Notes: generated from the letters alone by a model not told the origin. Positions 41,633-55,776 are shown, counted from the first letter of the stretch. The stretch: 64,000 nt of DNA from Tubiluchus corallicola (GCA_030141605.1 JAQGDQ010000095.1:248001-312000), one strand, 5' to 3'. Numbers and translations are program-made.

Positions 41633-42624
41633 TGGGTTTTATTAACCAGCGATAAATTGTGAAAAAAGAATAATTTCTCATTAGTTTTAACATTTTTAAC
41701 GTTCACATCTTCAAAAGTCAAATACAAAATGGTATTTAATTCTGAATAAAGGAAGTCCAGAATGACAAAACAAAGCTAACAACAATTCATAAAAATGTAT
41801 CAAATATTATTTTAACATCACGATACATACTTTGTCAGTCATATGTCACATCGACGTGCCAATTTAAGTTGCCAATCAAATATTAAAGACTGGAGTTGAT
41901 AAAGCATTAATAAATCGTCACCATTTAGTACTGATGTCAAAAGTCCGACCAATTTAGCAGAAGACGCACATAGTTTTCAACATGATAACTAAACTACATA
42001 GATTTTTTTACCAGAGGTTGTGGTTTCCAAGCAGCTTCAACGTGTCAAACTTTAATTACAGTACATAAAGCTGAGAATACCTTGCAGGTGGTTAAATGAA
42101 CGAGTTATATGAATTCTAATTTCACACGAGTAACAACTAGTAATAAAGTAGTATAACATCTATGTCCTCTCGCTGTTCAGTGTACAATACACAAAGTGGC
42201 AATTCTTAAACTGACAGCAGCAAACAATGTTAGCCATTAAATAAATTTTCAGTAATACTGTATAATAAAACATTAAATTATTATTATTTCACTAATTTTG
42301 CAGTATAGCAAGTAGCAATAAATATAAATTTAGCTATGGAAACCGTATTATCCAGGTCTGGCGTATAAAAATGAATTTCATTGCAATGAAAATTTACAGG
42401 ACAAGTAATAAAATTAAAAAAAAAGCACAGCACTGTATTACTTTCAAAAAACAACATCTTGGTTATAGTAATGACAGAAGTATTGTACTACTAAGAAGCT
42501 GAAGAGCGTCTTGGCTAAAAAGTCTCGATCTGTTGAAAATGCGCACACAGATAAGAATTTTTGTCTGTTATCTGTAGAGTTCTGTAGTTTCGAATGTGAG
42601 AATTTCCTATGGCCACATGATTGC

Positions 42625-45600
42625 TTACTAAAAAGAAAAGAGTCATTTACAGATTAGTACAATATAACATGTATTAATGCAATTTTCCCTTCTAACTACA
42701 AGAAACATCTATATGCATTCTGACTGCATGCATAGATTTTAGTGAGTAATTTAGCAGATTTCTGATGAACAAAATTTCTCAAATTGACTAGAATATCAGT
42801 CCATCTTTAAAGACCGAAGTAACAAAAAATGACTAACACATACATACAAAACGCTTTTAGGCACTTTTTACAAAAACTAGAAAAACATTCCAATCAATAA
42901 TTAACATCATTACACGTCAGTTGTGTTCAGCATTTTCTTGCCAAATTTCTCACTCAAGAGACAATAAATAAAAGTACAAAAAAATCACCAAAAATAAGAA
43001 TACATTGAAGTATAGTAAACTAACTGTCTTCAATAGTAAAGTAAGGAAAACTATTCAGAAAATTACAAAAATTCCTACGAAAAAATTAAGCGTAAAATTG
43101 TACATTCTTTTATTTTCCAATAGCTAGTAATAACAGACTATTGACATTTTCATCAAGAATTTTTAATCTTGCACCTTGACACTAACCCCTCTGCTTATAA
43201 GTAAGCAAATGGCTATTAGAAGATGCACGTAAAACTTCTAATTGATTGCATACATGTTAAATTATCAACAAGACGAAAAATGAACACTGATTCGTAAGAA
43301 CATTATCTATTTACTGTGATATATTGATATAAATCTTTACATATATAATATGAGGATAAAGGACTTATCGTGCACATAAGAATTGCTGCACACATAAAAA
43401 TATTGTAAAGTAATGATGTAGTGAACCTCTAAATTGCCGAATTGTCACTAGAAGATTGGGCAGCCTGTATTTCAGTAACCAGTAGCAAACCAGGACTAAT
43501 CAAGCAAAGCCAGACAGAGAATTTACTATGTGTACCAAGTCACCATGAGTTACTGAATACACATATTGTTCCAAATGAGACTTGTAATACCTTAGACAGT
43601 ACAAAGATTAGGGAGTGGTGTAGTTAGGGATTTGCATTTGTGTGCTTGCAAACCAAAACCGTCCATAAGTCGGCATAGTTAAAACTACGTTACAATGTTT
43701 CTAAGTAGAATGCACCAAATATTGGGTCAAATCAATTTTTTGTTTTATACAAAAACAAATGTTAAATATATTGTACTTTTAGTTTAAAAAATACTCAAAA
43801 TTTAATTTTGTAACTCTTAACCCTCTTCTCTGGCTGACTAAATGACCTGACTAAAAAAACAGCTTTCTCAATGCACTGTAGTTATTGGCTACGTCCTGGA
43901 GTAATGTTATTGAACACGCAGTTCTAATTTGCTTCACTCACACTACATTTAATCACATGAATAAAACTGACAACAAAATTCTTACATTGCCAGAGAGAAG
44001 CCTAACTTCACATGACCAACCGCGAGTTTGAAACCTGGGTTGAAATTTATTCAATTAACCAGTGATGAAATCGTCACGATAACAAGTGGAAGCTTAGCCG
44101 AAACTACAGACAAAGCCATTTGCCGGGAAACACGGCAACAACTGCAGTTCAATCATACAACAACAGACTTTCATCATTTTTATCATTATGAGAATTTTGT
44201 GACACAACTTCTTCACAAAAAAATGAAGCTGCCGACCTTGGGCGTATTTTTGTAAATAAACAGACGTGTGATTTTGAAAAGTAAACTTTTTTGGTGTCTT
44301 TTTATTAACTCACTATATAAATTAATACTTTCAACAACTGCATAGGAATTTAGGCATTTCTTCATTTCTAAAATTCATTAATGGCCTTTCCAGTGCATAC
44401 TAAGCTGATGATTCATACTGAATCTTAATGGTTAATTCCGTGCCAATGTGAGTCTATTAAGCAGCACTTACTGTAACTAGAAAAGCTCAAATGCCGACTT
44501 ACGGACGTTTTTACTACGCAACCATACATATCTAAGATTCATCGTAGAACAGGGAGATGATGACCACAAACAGAACTGCTTAAAAAGTTAATTTTAGACA
44601 CTACATGTGCTTCTGCTTTCATTACCTGGGGCCAGTTTTACAAAGCTGTCATTACGCTAACACCATCGTTGTTACATTTGCTTAACTATTAATAATGACA
44701 ATGTTAACTTAGTAACGGTTTTGTAAACCTCCTGGGTGTTCTGAAAATTTCAATTTCGGGTTACGGTTTTGCAATGCATCTTGGAGAATAGCACAAACAT
44801 CGATGTCAGGCTTGTTAAATAAGAACGTTATTATTATTACATGTATATCACAGGTGTGCATTTACTTATGGAACACTCTAATTAGGTGCTTATTAGATAT
44901 AAGAAATAATATAAAGTGTCCACTGTAGCAGCAAACAGCCTGCTTGCCAAATTGAGTTTCTGCCAAAACTGGGTCCGACTTATTAACGCTTAATGAAATC
45001 GAATGGTCCGGCAAGTCCAGCTAATTCGGCAAACTAGCAATTATAAGTCAACTGTAATGTGGTTGTTTAGGACATTAATAAATGCATTTTTTAAAATAAA
45101 ATGGGGTTATTAGTCATACTTGATGTATTTTCTTAAAAACTGCACAGTTGGTTTGGCATATTAAAAACTAAACATCTTTTTAGAGAATGATTACCCTCAT
45201 ATAAAGTCACTTTACAGGCTTACCACAGCCTGAGAAAGTTATGCCAATATTTACTATTACACTTCTCTTATGCACTATCACTTTTGCTTACTCAATGCTA
45301 GTCTTACATTTTAGTTGAGTTTTAGAACAAGTACAAATAAATAAACAAACTTACGTATTTCTCGGCTACAACTCCATCTTTAAAGAAAATAAAAAATGGA
45401 GTTACACCATCTTCACGCCAATCTACCAAAGCTAACATCCCTTCTTCTTCTCCAAAATTCTCCCCTAAAATGTATATAAAACATCAAATAGCTTACATGC
45501 TAGGCCTAATGTTTAAAAAAACTATTTTTCAAAAACAAGAACACAACAAGCATTGATAACTACTGTTACTGAAACACATGCGCCAGTGCTCAGTCTTGCA

Positions 45601-48600
45601 TAAATTTAGAATTTTTCCACACAAACCAAGTTTAGCCAACTAATGTTCCTAATGGGTTACTTTTTGTGATTATCAGTCTAATCAATCAATCAGTCATCAG
45701 TTTATTTCATACATAAAATGTGCACACCAAACAAAAAATAAAGTAAAAATTAAAATTACAATTTAAAATAATATATTAATTCAAAGAACATGCATAAATG
45801 ACAGACTAAACTAAGTTTTAGAGTCTAAAATAATATACAATGAAAATTAATTAAGAGAACATACAGTCATGATAGATAAAACTAAAAAATGCTAATAATG
45901 AAAAAAATAATAAGAAAATGTTTACAAGGAAATATGCAATTGCACATAATCAATAAGGAAGTTGGAAATTATAAGATTTTCAGCCGGTGGATCCAGGCAT
46001 GTAGAGGGAATTATTGCATGTTTAAATTCAGTAATTACAGTATTAGTTAGTGAGATCCAGTGAGAAGCTAATAATAAACATGGAGCTAGCCTTCCTAATC
46101 ATGACATCATAGTTTGGCACATTCATCATTACAAAATGTTCGTTTAAGCTAATTAAGTGAGGAATATTAAGCAGTCTTCTTAGAGCACTGTTAACATGGG
46201 GACCTTTCAGGAGCTTTTGCTGTACTTGTTGACAATTCTGAATTTACAGTTCTCTTTAATAGATCTCTAATGTACACTAGAATATGCGAAGGTGTGTTTG
46301 CACTGGCACAAGAGAGAATCTCGGTTTTATCATCAGGAATATATTATTACATACAGCACTAACAGGCTCATTACTCTTAAATTTGTACACTCGCCATCGA
46401 AAACAAGTAAAAACGGCTAAATTCTGAGCACGAAAATTCAGACTTAAATGGTTATTGACTTATTGTTGTGGGCTGTTTGCACGTCTGTTGGTACTAACAA
46501 TAATGAAATGCAAGGTTAATCCAAGGTGAGTTTAGTTCATAAGTTATAAAGCAGGGATTAGATTATCTAATAAATTCAACATCCTAGAGACTAGATCCAT
46601 TGTCAAGCTAGTTGTCTTTAACCATCTAAAGTTAAAAATAATCGGTTTACTGGACACCTGGAAGACTTTTATTCATTACACTGAAAAACCCAATAATTCT
46701 TCATTTATTATCTAAAATTTGCATAATCAGCCAGCAATTCGGGTAACTCCAAATTTAAAAAAAAAGACTTTTTCAGCCCACCTGTAGAACAAATAATTAA
46801 GTTAGTAATCTTTACTATTAGCAAAGGTAACAGTAAAAACACTTAGCAGAGAAACAGAATCAGCGGCTGCCTACCTCCAGAGTAAAGATCGTAATTTTTA
46901 AAATTTGGAATAATCTTCTTAGTAAATAGCTCATTCAGCTTCGTCCTTAGCGTTTTAGCTTGTTCCTCACCTTGAGTCTTTGATACATGATCAGCCAACC
47001 TGTTTCAAGTAATACAAAAACAACAATAAAATTAGCATATTTTTATGCAAATCAGATTAACTTGAATGAGTATAAACTAAATACTAACGGACAGTAAAGA
47101 TACTCCACACATTGGAGGCAATAAATAGAGTATGTTTTTTACAGTAAGAAATAAGTAAAACTTTCAGTTCCAACATTTTGATTTTGGAGCAAAATCACTA
47201 CAATTACTTTTTCATGTATTTCTTTACATAGACCACGTATCCCTTTTTATCAAAATTTTCTTGCTTCATAAGGTTATGGTTTAAAACAATGTCTATCCCC
47301 GACTGTTGGGCTGCTTCAAGCCCCTCATCTCCACCTTCTTCTACCGATGGATTCGCTCCAAGTAAGGAACTGTCCACATCATCTGATCTTGTTACAAGCT
47401 ACAAAATGAAAATTATCATAGGTAACTACAATGCTTATAAAACTGATACATATAAGGTATTAAACAAAAATTTGTATCAAAAATCAAAAAGCAACATTTG
47501 GTTATTTTTTGAAAGTCTCACCTTTCCTTCAACTTCATAGTACAAGTTATCGACCAGCTTGTATTTGAATGATTCACTGAAAAGCTCATCATCTGTAAAA
47601 AGAAAAGGTTAGGGCTGTCAAAAAATAGAGCAGATTAACTTTAATGAATGGGGCTGATATAGCAAATTGTATCTAAAATTTTGATTAAGCCACAATTGAT
47701 TAAACGGTTTTGTAATTTTGTAGTTTTTACCAGTATTACACTATTTTCACAGCTAAAAATGAAATTTTCCCTAAAAGTGATCAGCCATTAAAACTGCCGG
47801 ATGTTTACCGATACCATCTCCCACAATACCACCAATACTTATTATACTCGGCAACTAATTGTATTGGTCAAAACTTCCTTACATATACAAGTGAAACGAA
47901 CTGAATGTAATACTAATGTAACAAAACATGTATGGCTTAGTGATTTTCTGTTAACCAAAATAATTCCACTAAAGTTGTGTGACAGTTAACTAAGCAATTT
48001 AGAAAAATAGGAAGTTGCTTATTGGTTAACATTATAACATGTTCTAGTGCTAGCGTACATTCATATTTGCATGCCCATTACAGCAAAGCTAAATATACTC
48101 GAGCCTTGAATGCATTTTACTGTAATTAATGCAAGCAGGGAAATTATTTTCGTGTATTCTGCCATCCTTGACCTCAGTTATCTCAGACCCTGAGACATCT
48201 CAAAGTTGGGAATACATCAGCAATCAAATGGAGAATCAAATTAATTACTGCCAACTGCTATTGTGAATTTAAATTGAAGTACAGCAGTTTAAATTCTAAG
48301 CACTTTAAATTTTGTTCACTATCAAGCAAAAATACTGTATAGTGTAACTGTATCATATAGGTTTTTTCTGTTAAACTTTTTTAATAAACATACACATACA
48401 TTAAAAAAGTTTAAAAGTTCCATGATAATTAATTTGTAGTTCTATAGTACTTTGTACTCGAATGAATGAAAAATATAAGCACCAGTGCTGCTCAGCACAG
48501 TATAGCACAGCATAGTATCCACACTGCCTATTCTTGCCACCACTCCTGATTTGGCCCAGAGTCTCTTGAAATTCAACCACAGATTCGTAGTTTGGTCGGA

Positions 48601-49756
48601 TTTGTAAATAATGCTGAAATCTCCTGATTTCGACCATCAATTGAAGTTTAAGAGGAAAAAAGCAGAAATACAACTTGCACGCTATTGAAACTTTGCAAAA
48701 GATTAAGCTGAAAAAACAGCCGAGTCGCTGTCAATTAATGTAACGGTAAACGTATTAAATTAAGTATAATCGCTTGCAAGGCTTCAACATTTCACCTCTT
48801 CTACTTTTTTAACAATTTTTGCTGTGCACAGTCACAAATGCTGCAAAGCAAGTGTTCTTCCGCTTTATTTTAAATTCACATAATATAAAGTGCTTAATAA
48901 TCTCTGGAAGCCCTAGAAAATGTGAGAAATATAATAGGAAAAAAACCCCAAAAATTGATGTACATACACTGCAAGCACTTTTATAAGTTTTAGAACTTCA
49001 GAGCTTTCTTGGAGTCTATAATCAAGAATTTGTAATACTTCGTAGATGGAATTTCTTGATTTTAGTTTCTGAAAAAGACCTCGACCTGGGCCCCTGGGGG
49101 AGCTTACAGGCACCCTAGCTACGTCTTGACTCCTCACTACCCTGTCGCCGGCACCTCACTACTCAAGCTGGCTGTAATGCAGTTGTCTTAGCTAACCTGC
49201 AGTATAAATTTTCATAACCACACATCACTGAATCACATAACATCTATTCCACAATCAAAAACAATAATGAATTACGCAAAACGCCTTCAGCACAAATCAT
49301 TACGATTCACGTGTATCTGTAAAAAAATTTTAAAACACAGACTATAAAGAAGAAAGCAAGTATAGTCACTACAGTTTCAATGCTTATTATACACAGTAAG
49401 GCTGCATCCATTATTTTAGTTTTTACAAAACTATAACTATAATGTACAAATTAATTTATGTGCAAATGAATTAAAAACAATGAAAATATTGAAAATGTTT
49501 AAACATGAACATTTAGATGCAAAGTTTCGTAGGCAAGTTACATGAATCCGGCACAGATTCTAAGAAGAGAATCGTCACTGTTCAGAATTGTAGCACGGAA
49601 GCGTGTTACCGAGTTTCAACTTCAAGGGAACAACGGTTACTACAAACCAACTATTCGTTGGAAAATATGCTTCGTAATCGTAAAATATCCGTTTAAACCG
49701 ACGAACAAACTACTACTACAACACTTACCGGTAAATACATCCTTAAAAATAATCAT
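42625..49756 (-). CDS. TPT1: Translationally controlled tumour protein (TCTP), 175 aa
   Basis: Exons 49729-49756, 47522-47592, 47208-47398, 46875-46999, 45355-45464 and stop-only 42625-42627 (528 nt). Translation [18 protein letters not shown]...YEVEGKLVTRS...[11 protein letters not shown]...[11 protein letters not shown]...[29 protein letters not shown] carries the TCTP signatures. Confidence 0.95.
43640..44527. mobile_element. MITE with ~37-bp imperfect TIRs containing a nested partial Tc1/mariner MITE
   Basis: aaaaccgtccataagtcggcat (43655-76) is inverted at atgccgacttacggacgttttt (44491-512). The inner segment of about 44180-44473 matches 9435-9792, including the TIR gtgagtctattaagcagcacttactg+TA. 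Confidence 0.7.
45680..46200 (-). mobile_element. Decayed LINE 3' end (L2-like)
   Basis: The minus strand ends in AATAAA followed by a (TGAT)n tail (plus strand aatcaatcaatcagtcatcagtttattt). Confidence 0.35.
48540..49170. mobile_element. Remnant of a DNA transposon related to the 98-2361 element
   Basis: cccctgggggagcttacaggcaccctagct (about 49091-49120) resembles the subterminal motif at about 2285-2322. Boundaries are approximate. Confidence 0.4.
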
Positions 49757-49825
49757 CTTCGAAGGATGATTATAAATATCTTTTTCGAAAAACAAACACA
49801 ACCAAATGGCCAACTGCCCGCTACA

Positions 49826-49836
49826 GCAAAGAGAAT
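49826..49836 (-). promoter_or_regulatory. TCT/5'TOP-type initiator of TPT1
   Basis: The minus strand reads ATTCTCTTTGC about 77 nt upstream of the ATG. TCTP mRNAs are established TOP mRNAs in vertebrates. Confidence 0.55.
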
Positions 49837-51028
49837 CATTGCTTATGTTGCGCAATAAAATCACAGTTCGCATGTTCAGTACTTTCTTCCTTGTTCAGAT
49901 TTACGAAAAAACGGCGCTCCCAGGAAATTTAGCATTCTCGACGAAACACACGCTAAGATGCACAATTGTTAAAAAGTATTAAAAAATAAAATTATAATAT
50001 AAAATGTGCGTAACATTCGCCACAACTTCATCAAAAATTAAGCGTATTGAGCAAGTTCAAGAGCAACATCACAATTTTTATAAATTACGACAGAGATGAG
50101 TTAGAGCATCAACCAGTCTCGGCTCACATTCATCTGATTATTATATTTATTACTGAAAAATTTGATATGATCTAACCGTTTGGGTTTAGTTTGAAAATAG
50201 GAAACAAGAGACAAATGGAAAAGAGTAAGGCAAGGAGAAATGAGGGGGTAGGCAGCAAGAAAACGAGAGAAAAGCATAGTTTTTGTTTGAATGTCTAAAA
50301 TAGGCACATGTATCAAATTGCCGAAATGCACCTACATGTATAAACAGTTTGTGCCACTACAGTTAGCTCACACCACAAAATAGTAAGTCAACTACTAAAA
50401 TTTATCATCAGAGTTACCATTTTAAGGGTGGGGTAATGAAATTAACAATTGTATAATATGACAATAATTTGATATATAATGATATTATTATGCTTTCATC
50501 ATATATTAATTATGATGATATAATTATATTATAATGATTAGAAATTATTTCATTTTATTGATAGGTACACAGATTTTTTTACTTAGCAGTTTTATCATAT
50601 CAGTGTAAATTTCATTTTGAATTGTTTTGGGCCTTTTATCTAATATTTGCCGCAATGTTTAGGCCCGCGATGAAATAAAAAAACCAGAACAGTTTAGAAC
50701 ATTTGCAACTTTCTAAGGCTCGGTCATTTTCATTTCGTTTAATGAGAATCGAGTTTAGTTGTGCAATGTTTGACCGATACCGAATGGTTTTTGTAGTTCT
50801 CCAGAATTATTTGTTTGCAACTGTCCCTTTATCACTTATTATATCGTAAATAATTACTATAGCTGATTTGAATACGTTTTAGTTTAAGGGTAGTAGCTGT
50901 TATCCATATCGGTGCTATAAGTGCAATTTATTTTTTACTACCTTCATAGGAGCCTGATTTGATGCTGGTTCATTTATTATGATTTTACAACTTTTTTCGA
51001 AGTATGACTGTCTAATATACTGCCCAAT

Positions 51029-51390
51029 TGTTGTGGAGATCCACTAGAATGTTCTATAGTATAGTTGAACCAATCTTCTTACCTTGCAGAAGCATTCGTA
51101 GATTCGAGAACTTTCCATACGCGATGCACATAGTAGTTTCTAGATTGTTCTGGTGTTGTCCATTTGCACTGATATATAAGGCGGAGCTGGCTGCTAAAGT
51201 TTATTCTCGTATTCTCTCATTAATCTCAGATTCTCAAATTATTTTATGCTATTTTCCTATCACTTGACTGTTCACATCATGCGTTCATTCATGCTTTGTG
51301 TTGTAGAATTCTCGCATAACAAACCAGTTCAATTTGACAACGTGTTTTCTGGTTTTCTCTACGAGCCTTCCGAAAGAAAGAAACATAACA
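51029..51390 (+). mobile_element. Solo LTR of the same Gypsy family as 14914-16828
   Basis: Colinear with 16476-16828 (TGTTGTGGAGATC...gatatataaggcggagctggc...gtgttttctggttttctctacgagccttcc...AACA). 5-bp TSD CCAAT/CTAAT. Confidence 0.9.
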
Positions 51391-51512
<122 letters not shown>

Positions 51513-54041
51513 CATTGATAATTGTTGGTTGAATTTAAACAATATAGTAAATATACTAAAATACTGAAACAATACTCGAAATTATCTTTAGCATTTTCAT
51601 GCAACTTGTTTGTATTAGATGCAACTAAAACAAAAAGCTCGGTGAAAACTGAAGTCACCGAAACAACTTCAGGGGGACAGGAAGCATGAAGACAATGCTC
51701 GCCCACAATTATTAAGCCTATTGGTTTTTAATGAACAATGAACTTTATTATGGTTTACTTCCAGGTCCTAAGTTGCAGGTTTTCATGTTGAATCATTGCT
51801 GGCATTAACTACATGAAAATGAAAACAAATAAGACAAAGTTAACAATCACATTGGCCTGATATTAACATCAAACTCTTCAAAGCATAACAAAAACGTAAA
51901 GTTCGGCGAGAAAATAATAAATCGAAATATCACAGTTGCTAGAAACAAGATGAAATATTACGACTAAAACAGGATCAATCAAAAAGTATTTCACATAAAC
52001 ATAAATTTCAAACAAGTAGCTTTCGCTGGCAGAGTCAAACCCTGGAAAAGACTAAGCAACAGTTATCATGACTTCAAAATGGCACAAAATATCCAACACA
52101 TATGATTGTCTGACAAAAATGTAAATAAGAAACAGTGTAAATCCATACCAAAAACATACCACAGTCACAAACTATAAAACTTTCACCTAAGAAAAAACCC
52201 ATTATACCTGTACAATCACAGAATCAAATAACATTAATATTAACAGGTCACGAACAACTAATTTATGCAACTATACTGACCCACAGCGGAACAAGTAGCC
52301 TGTCTCACCTACAAGTCTAAATGTTCGAGGTAGACCTGTGTTACACAAATTAAATACAGAAAACTAGAACACTATTAGTGTAAAAAGGTCATTCTGAAGT
52401 GACATTACGGGGAAATTTATACTACTATTTCAATGTTATATACTTATAACAAGCCTAAAAGGGGGAAATGAGATGAAGAAATGATTGATAATGAAAGAGA
52501 GACAAGCACGGGTCAAAAACGAAGTGATATTTAATTATATGGAAAATTAATAACAGGTGTGTTAAAGTTCTTACACACCACAAGTCAAATTAAAATTAAG
52601 TTATGTTAAGACTGTCAACGCGATGTAATTACCGCACTAACTTCGCGACACATACTGTAATTTCATTAGGCCGAATCCCGCTTTCTTTTGCCCAATCTAT
52701 CAAGAATTACTAGACCGCAACCATAGAAGATGTTAAAATTATTATGATTATAAAGATTAGATTTATAACAGTGCGTATGTTTTTCTTATTAAGTTTATTC
52801 ATGACTCACAGTTGTTTTGATTTCTTACATTTTAATAGATACGCGGTACTGTATAAAGGTTCGTTTGCGTCGTTGCAACATAGTCATCAATTTACAATTC
52901 CATTTTTTTTCACTTCAGTTTCGGCAAGCGGTCCGTGAAAATTTCATATTATTGATATTTTTTGTTTACTGTTTCCATTAATTTTGGACAATGTCAATTT
53001 TGCATAATGGCAGAAGATAGAAAAGTCATAGACTTTTCTTTCACTAATCAGTCTAACTTGCTGTTTAACGCGTGCAACCAGCAACCCATTGAGTTATCTA
53101 CAAAGAATGTAGCCCACACATTCAACAATGCACGTGCTTTCCACGTAATGTGACTAGTGTGAACGTAGTGCGAAATGCCACTTTCAAGTAAGCCGTGTAA
53201 AAATAGATATTGTTTTTAATTATTTGTTTATGGCGAAAGCGAATAACTTGTGCTATGTAATGTAGAATGTTATGCTCATTCGCTGTGGTCTGAAAAGCAG
53301 TTTCTTAGACGCTGATTACATGCGCGCTCGACTGCTTGTTTTTATGATCTGGAACTGCCTAATATTCACCTGTCATTTTCATCATCACACCAATAACGCA
53401 GCGAAAGCACCTTGTTAATAAGTCAAGTCAATATTGCAGCAAATATGATCGAATAACATGAGTGTACACATATACCGCCGTTGTCAAAGTGGCAACACTC
53501 TACTCTACTTTATAAATTTGTTGATTAGGGTTTGGCTTTAACAAGCTTATAAACAACCATGTAACCTAATGCAGATTCGCGCTAACGCTAAAAAGCTTAA
53601 TCGAAATCAGTTGACCGCAATATGACGGTGGAAAATGACATTTATACATGTAACTCTTTGGTATACAAAAGTTATCTTCAGTTATCTTAAAACTATTAAT
53701 TATCATAAAAAACTGAAATTATCTTCGACATAATACAAAGTAACGTTTGACTGTAGTGAGTTTCGATCGAACTTCATTTAAAGAAAAATTAATGTGAAAT
53801 ATGCTAAATTGCTTCTAAAAGTTGTAAATTATCGCTGCAGCGCTTTATTTTTATAAAACAATATTTCGAAAAGGCAAGATCGAACGAGCTCCATTCGTTC
53901 CAAGCTCACCATCCCCGGATCAATCGCACGTACCGCGTCACCTCGGCCGCACGTTTTTATTCGCCATTGTGTTGTTTTTTGCGATGCGGTCATCATGCTA
54001 GCTACAGACGTAGTTACATGTTTATGGCACGCCCACTTACA

Positions 54042-54336
54042 GGGGAGAGGGCATTTGAGCGCGACCGCTTTGGTACAAGCACAAATATAAGCCTAAGTTA
54101 CATCCATATTAATGTTTAATTTAGAGAAGCCATAATTCTATAATTCTTGAAAAATATTGTAAGAATTAGGAAATTACAGTGAGTCATTAAAAATTTAATA
54201 AACAAAACTGAAAAAAATGGGTACAACATTAAATTTTAATGGTGGCCAAATGTCTCGCGCCGAAGTGTCAGATGCAAAAATGTCACGTGTTCAAATGTGC
54301 TGCGCGAAAATGGCCCTACCCAAATATCATGTACCC
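54042..54336. repeat. Foldback/MITE-like element with a 15-bp tandem subrepeat
   Basis: Six 15-bp units (gc..aaatgtc..g.) at 54244-54333, and an inverted partial copy gggcatttgagcgcg at about 54049-54063. Confidence 0.55.
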
Positions 54337-55776
54337 TCTTCTACAAGTAGTTTGTGCTCTTCTGAAAACCTGCTTAGACCTGAATGCATGTGTCCACAAC
54401 TTAAGCTTTAGTTGACAGTTGTGAAAAATCATACTCATCAGAGATAGTTTTTGTGCTGCCAAATGTTTCCACGGAAAATATAGCAAATGCTTAGATTACT
54501 GTAAAAAATTTCCAACGTAAATTTGCTTATTGTTCTGCAAATAACGATAAAGAACCACACCATCCAATAACAAAAGCACATAATAAAACGTGTGTTATTT
54601 ACTGTTCGCATAACAGCAGCTTTCTGCATTTTGTGATCCTCCCGGGCATAGAAAACTAGTGCAAATAACCGACTATACCAATAAGTTTTATTTGTGAATT
54701 ATTCACGACTCGAAGAGTACATCTTCGAAATTGTAGCAAACAAGCCATAGCTGCTGATAAAATTGGTGTTCTGTTTTATTGCCAACTATTTTCAAAACAA
54801 TGTTTCAATAAACTTAATGCTTGTGCCAGGAGTTTGTTGGCAGTTTATATGATATCACCACTGTTGGCTTCCTTAGCGATTACTGCCTTTATATAATTAC
54901 TGATAGCAATTTTCAATGTGCGACATAAATTAAGTCAAAGTTTAATTGAGAGACTGCAGCATTATGTCATTTTACCCTGCTATTTTTTCCCGTGCCATTT
55001 TTACCGCGCACTATGCATGATATATACGCATATTGTAATATACATTACACAAAATGCTTATATATATATTGATATAGATAACAGAACAGTTAGAAAGAAA
55101 AGACAAAATCAGTCACGCTCATACATTCACTAACGGTCACAAACCACACAACTCATTTAAAAAGAGTAGCGGGCAACAGTGAGGGACAAACCTAGCAATG
55201 CTCCATACAATTTTGATTGTGTACATTCGTCTGTTTATGTTATCGCACTAGTCTTAACAATAAGCCTATAGTTAGCTATTGGTTCGGTTCATAGTTTGCT
55301 ACCGAGAGATTTAGTTAAAGACTACTGTTTGCTTTTAACCTCCCCCCCCCCCATGTTTTATGTGCAGTGAATGGTAAACAGACATCTTTGTTTGGTCCTT
55401 GCCCAATACAGGCGAATTTGGATGATTTTAGGTTTATAGTATAGTTATCTTTGCGTCTGATGAACTTGCCGATTTTTTATTTTTGGAATGAATTTTCTAG
55501 GTAAGGATGACTGTGTTCTTGATGTTGAAACTCCAGAACTTAAGATTGATGATTTAGTTTTCCTTTTAAATTCAGTCCATCTGGTGTAAGCCCCGTCAGT
55601 TGTAGTAGAATTACGAGCATTCGTCCGTAGTCTGAAACTGTTGTGCAAGTTTATTCAGATGTACTGTAGGCATGGTCTCAAGAGATTCAAGGAGCCTTAT
55701 CACAGGTGGAATTTTAGTTGGTAAAACTGCTGTACCCACAGGTAAAACTGAATTTGGCGTTGTTGTGGCAAATAAC

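Noticed and set aside
43564-43714. Possible SNORA31-like H/ACA snoRNA in a TPT1 intron (vertebrate TPT1 hosts SNORA31; short ordered motif similarities on the minus strand)
   Set aside because: There is no properly placed H box or recognisable guide element, and the best-matching stretch is part of the TIR of the 43640-44527 MITE. A covariance-model search would be needed to revive it.
47289-47540. 83-aa plus-strand ORF
   Set aside because: It is an antisense shadow of TPT1 exons 2-3.
54244-54333. Regularly spaced repeats suggesting a CRISPR-like array
   Set aside because: They are contiguous degenerate 15-bp tandem units with no unique spacers and no cas genes, in eukaryotic context.
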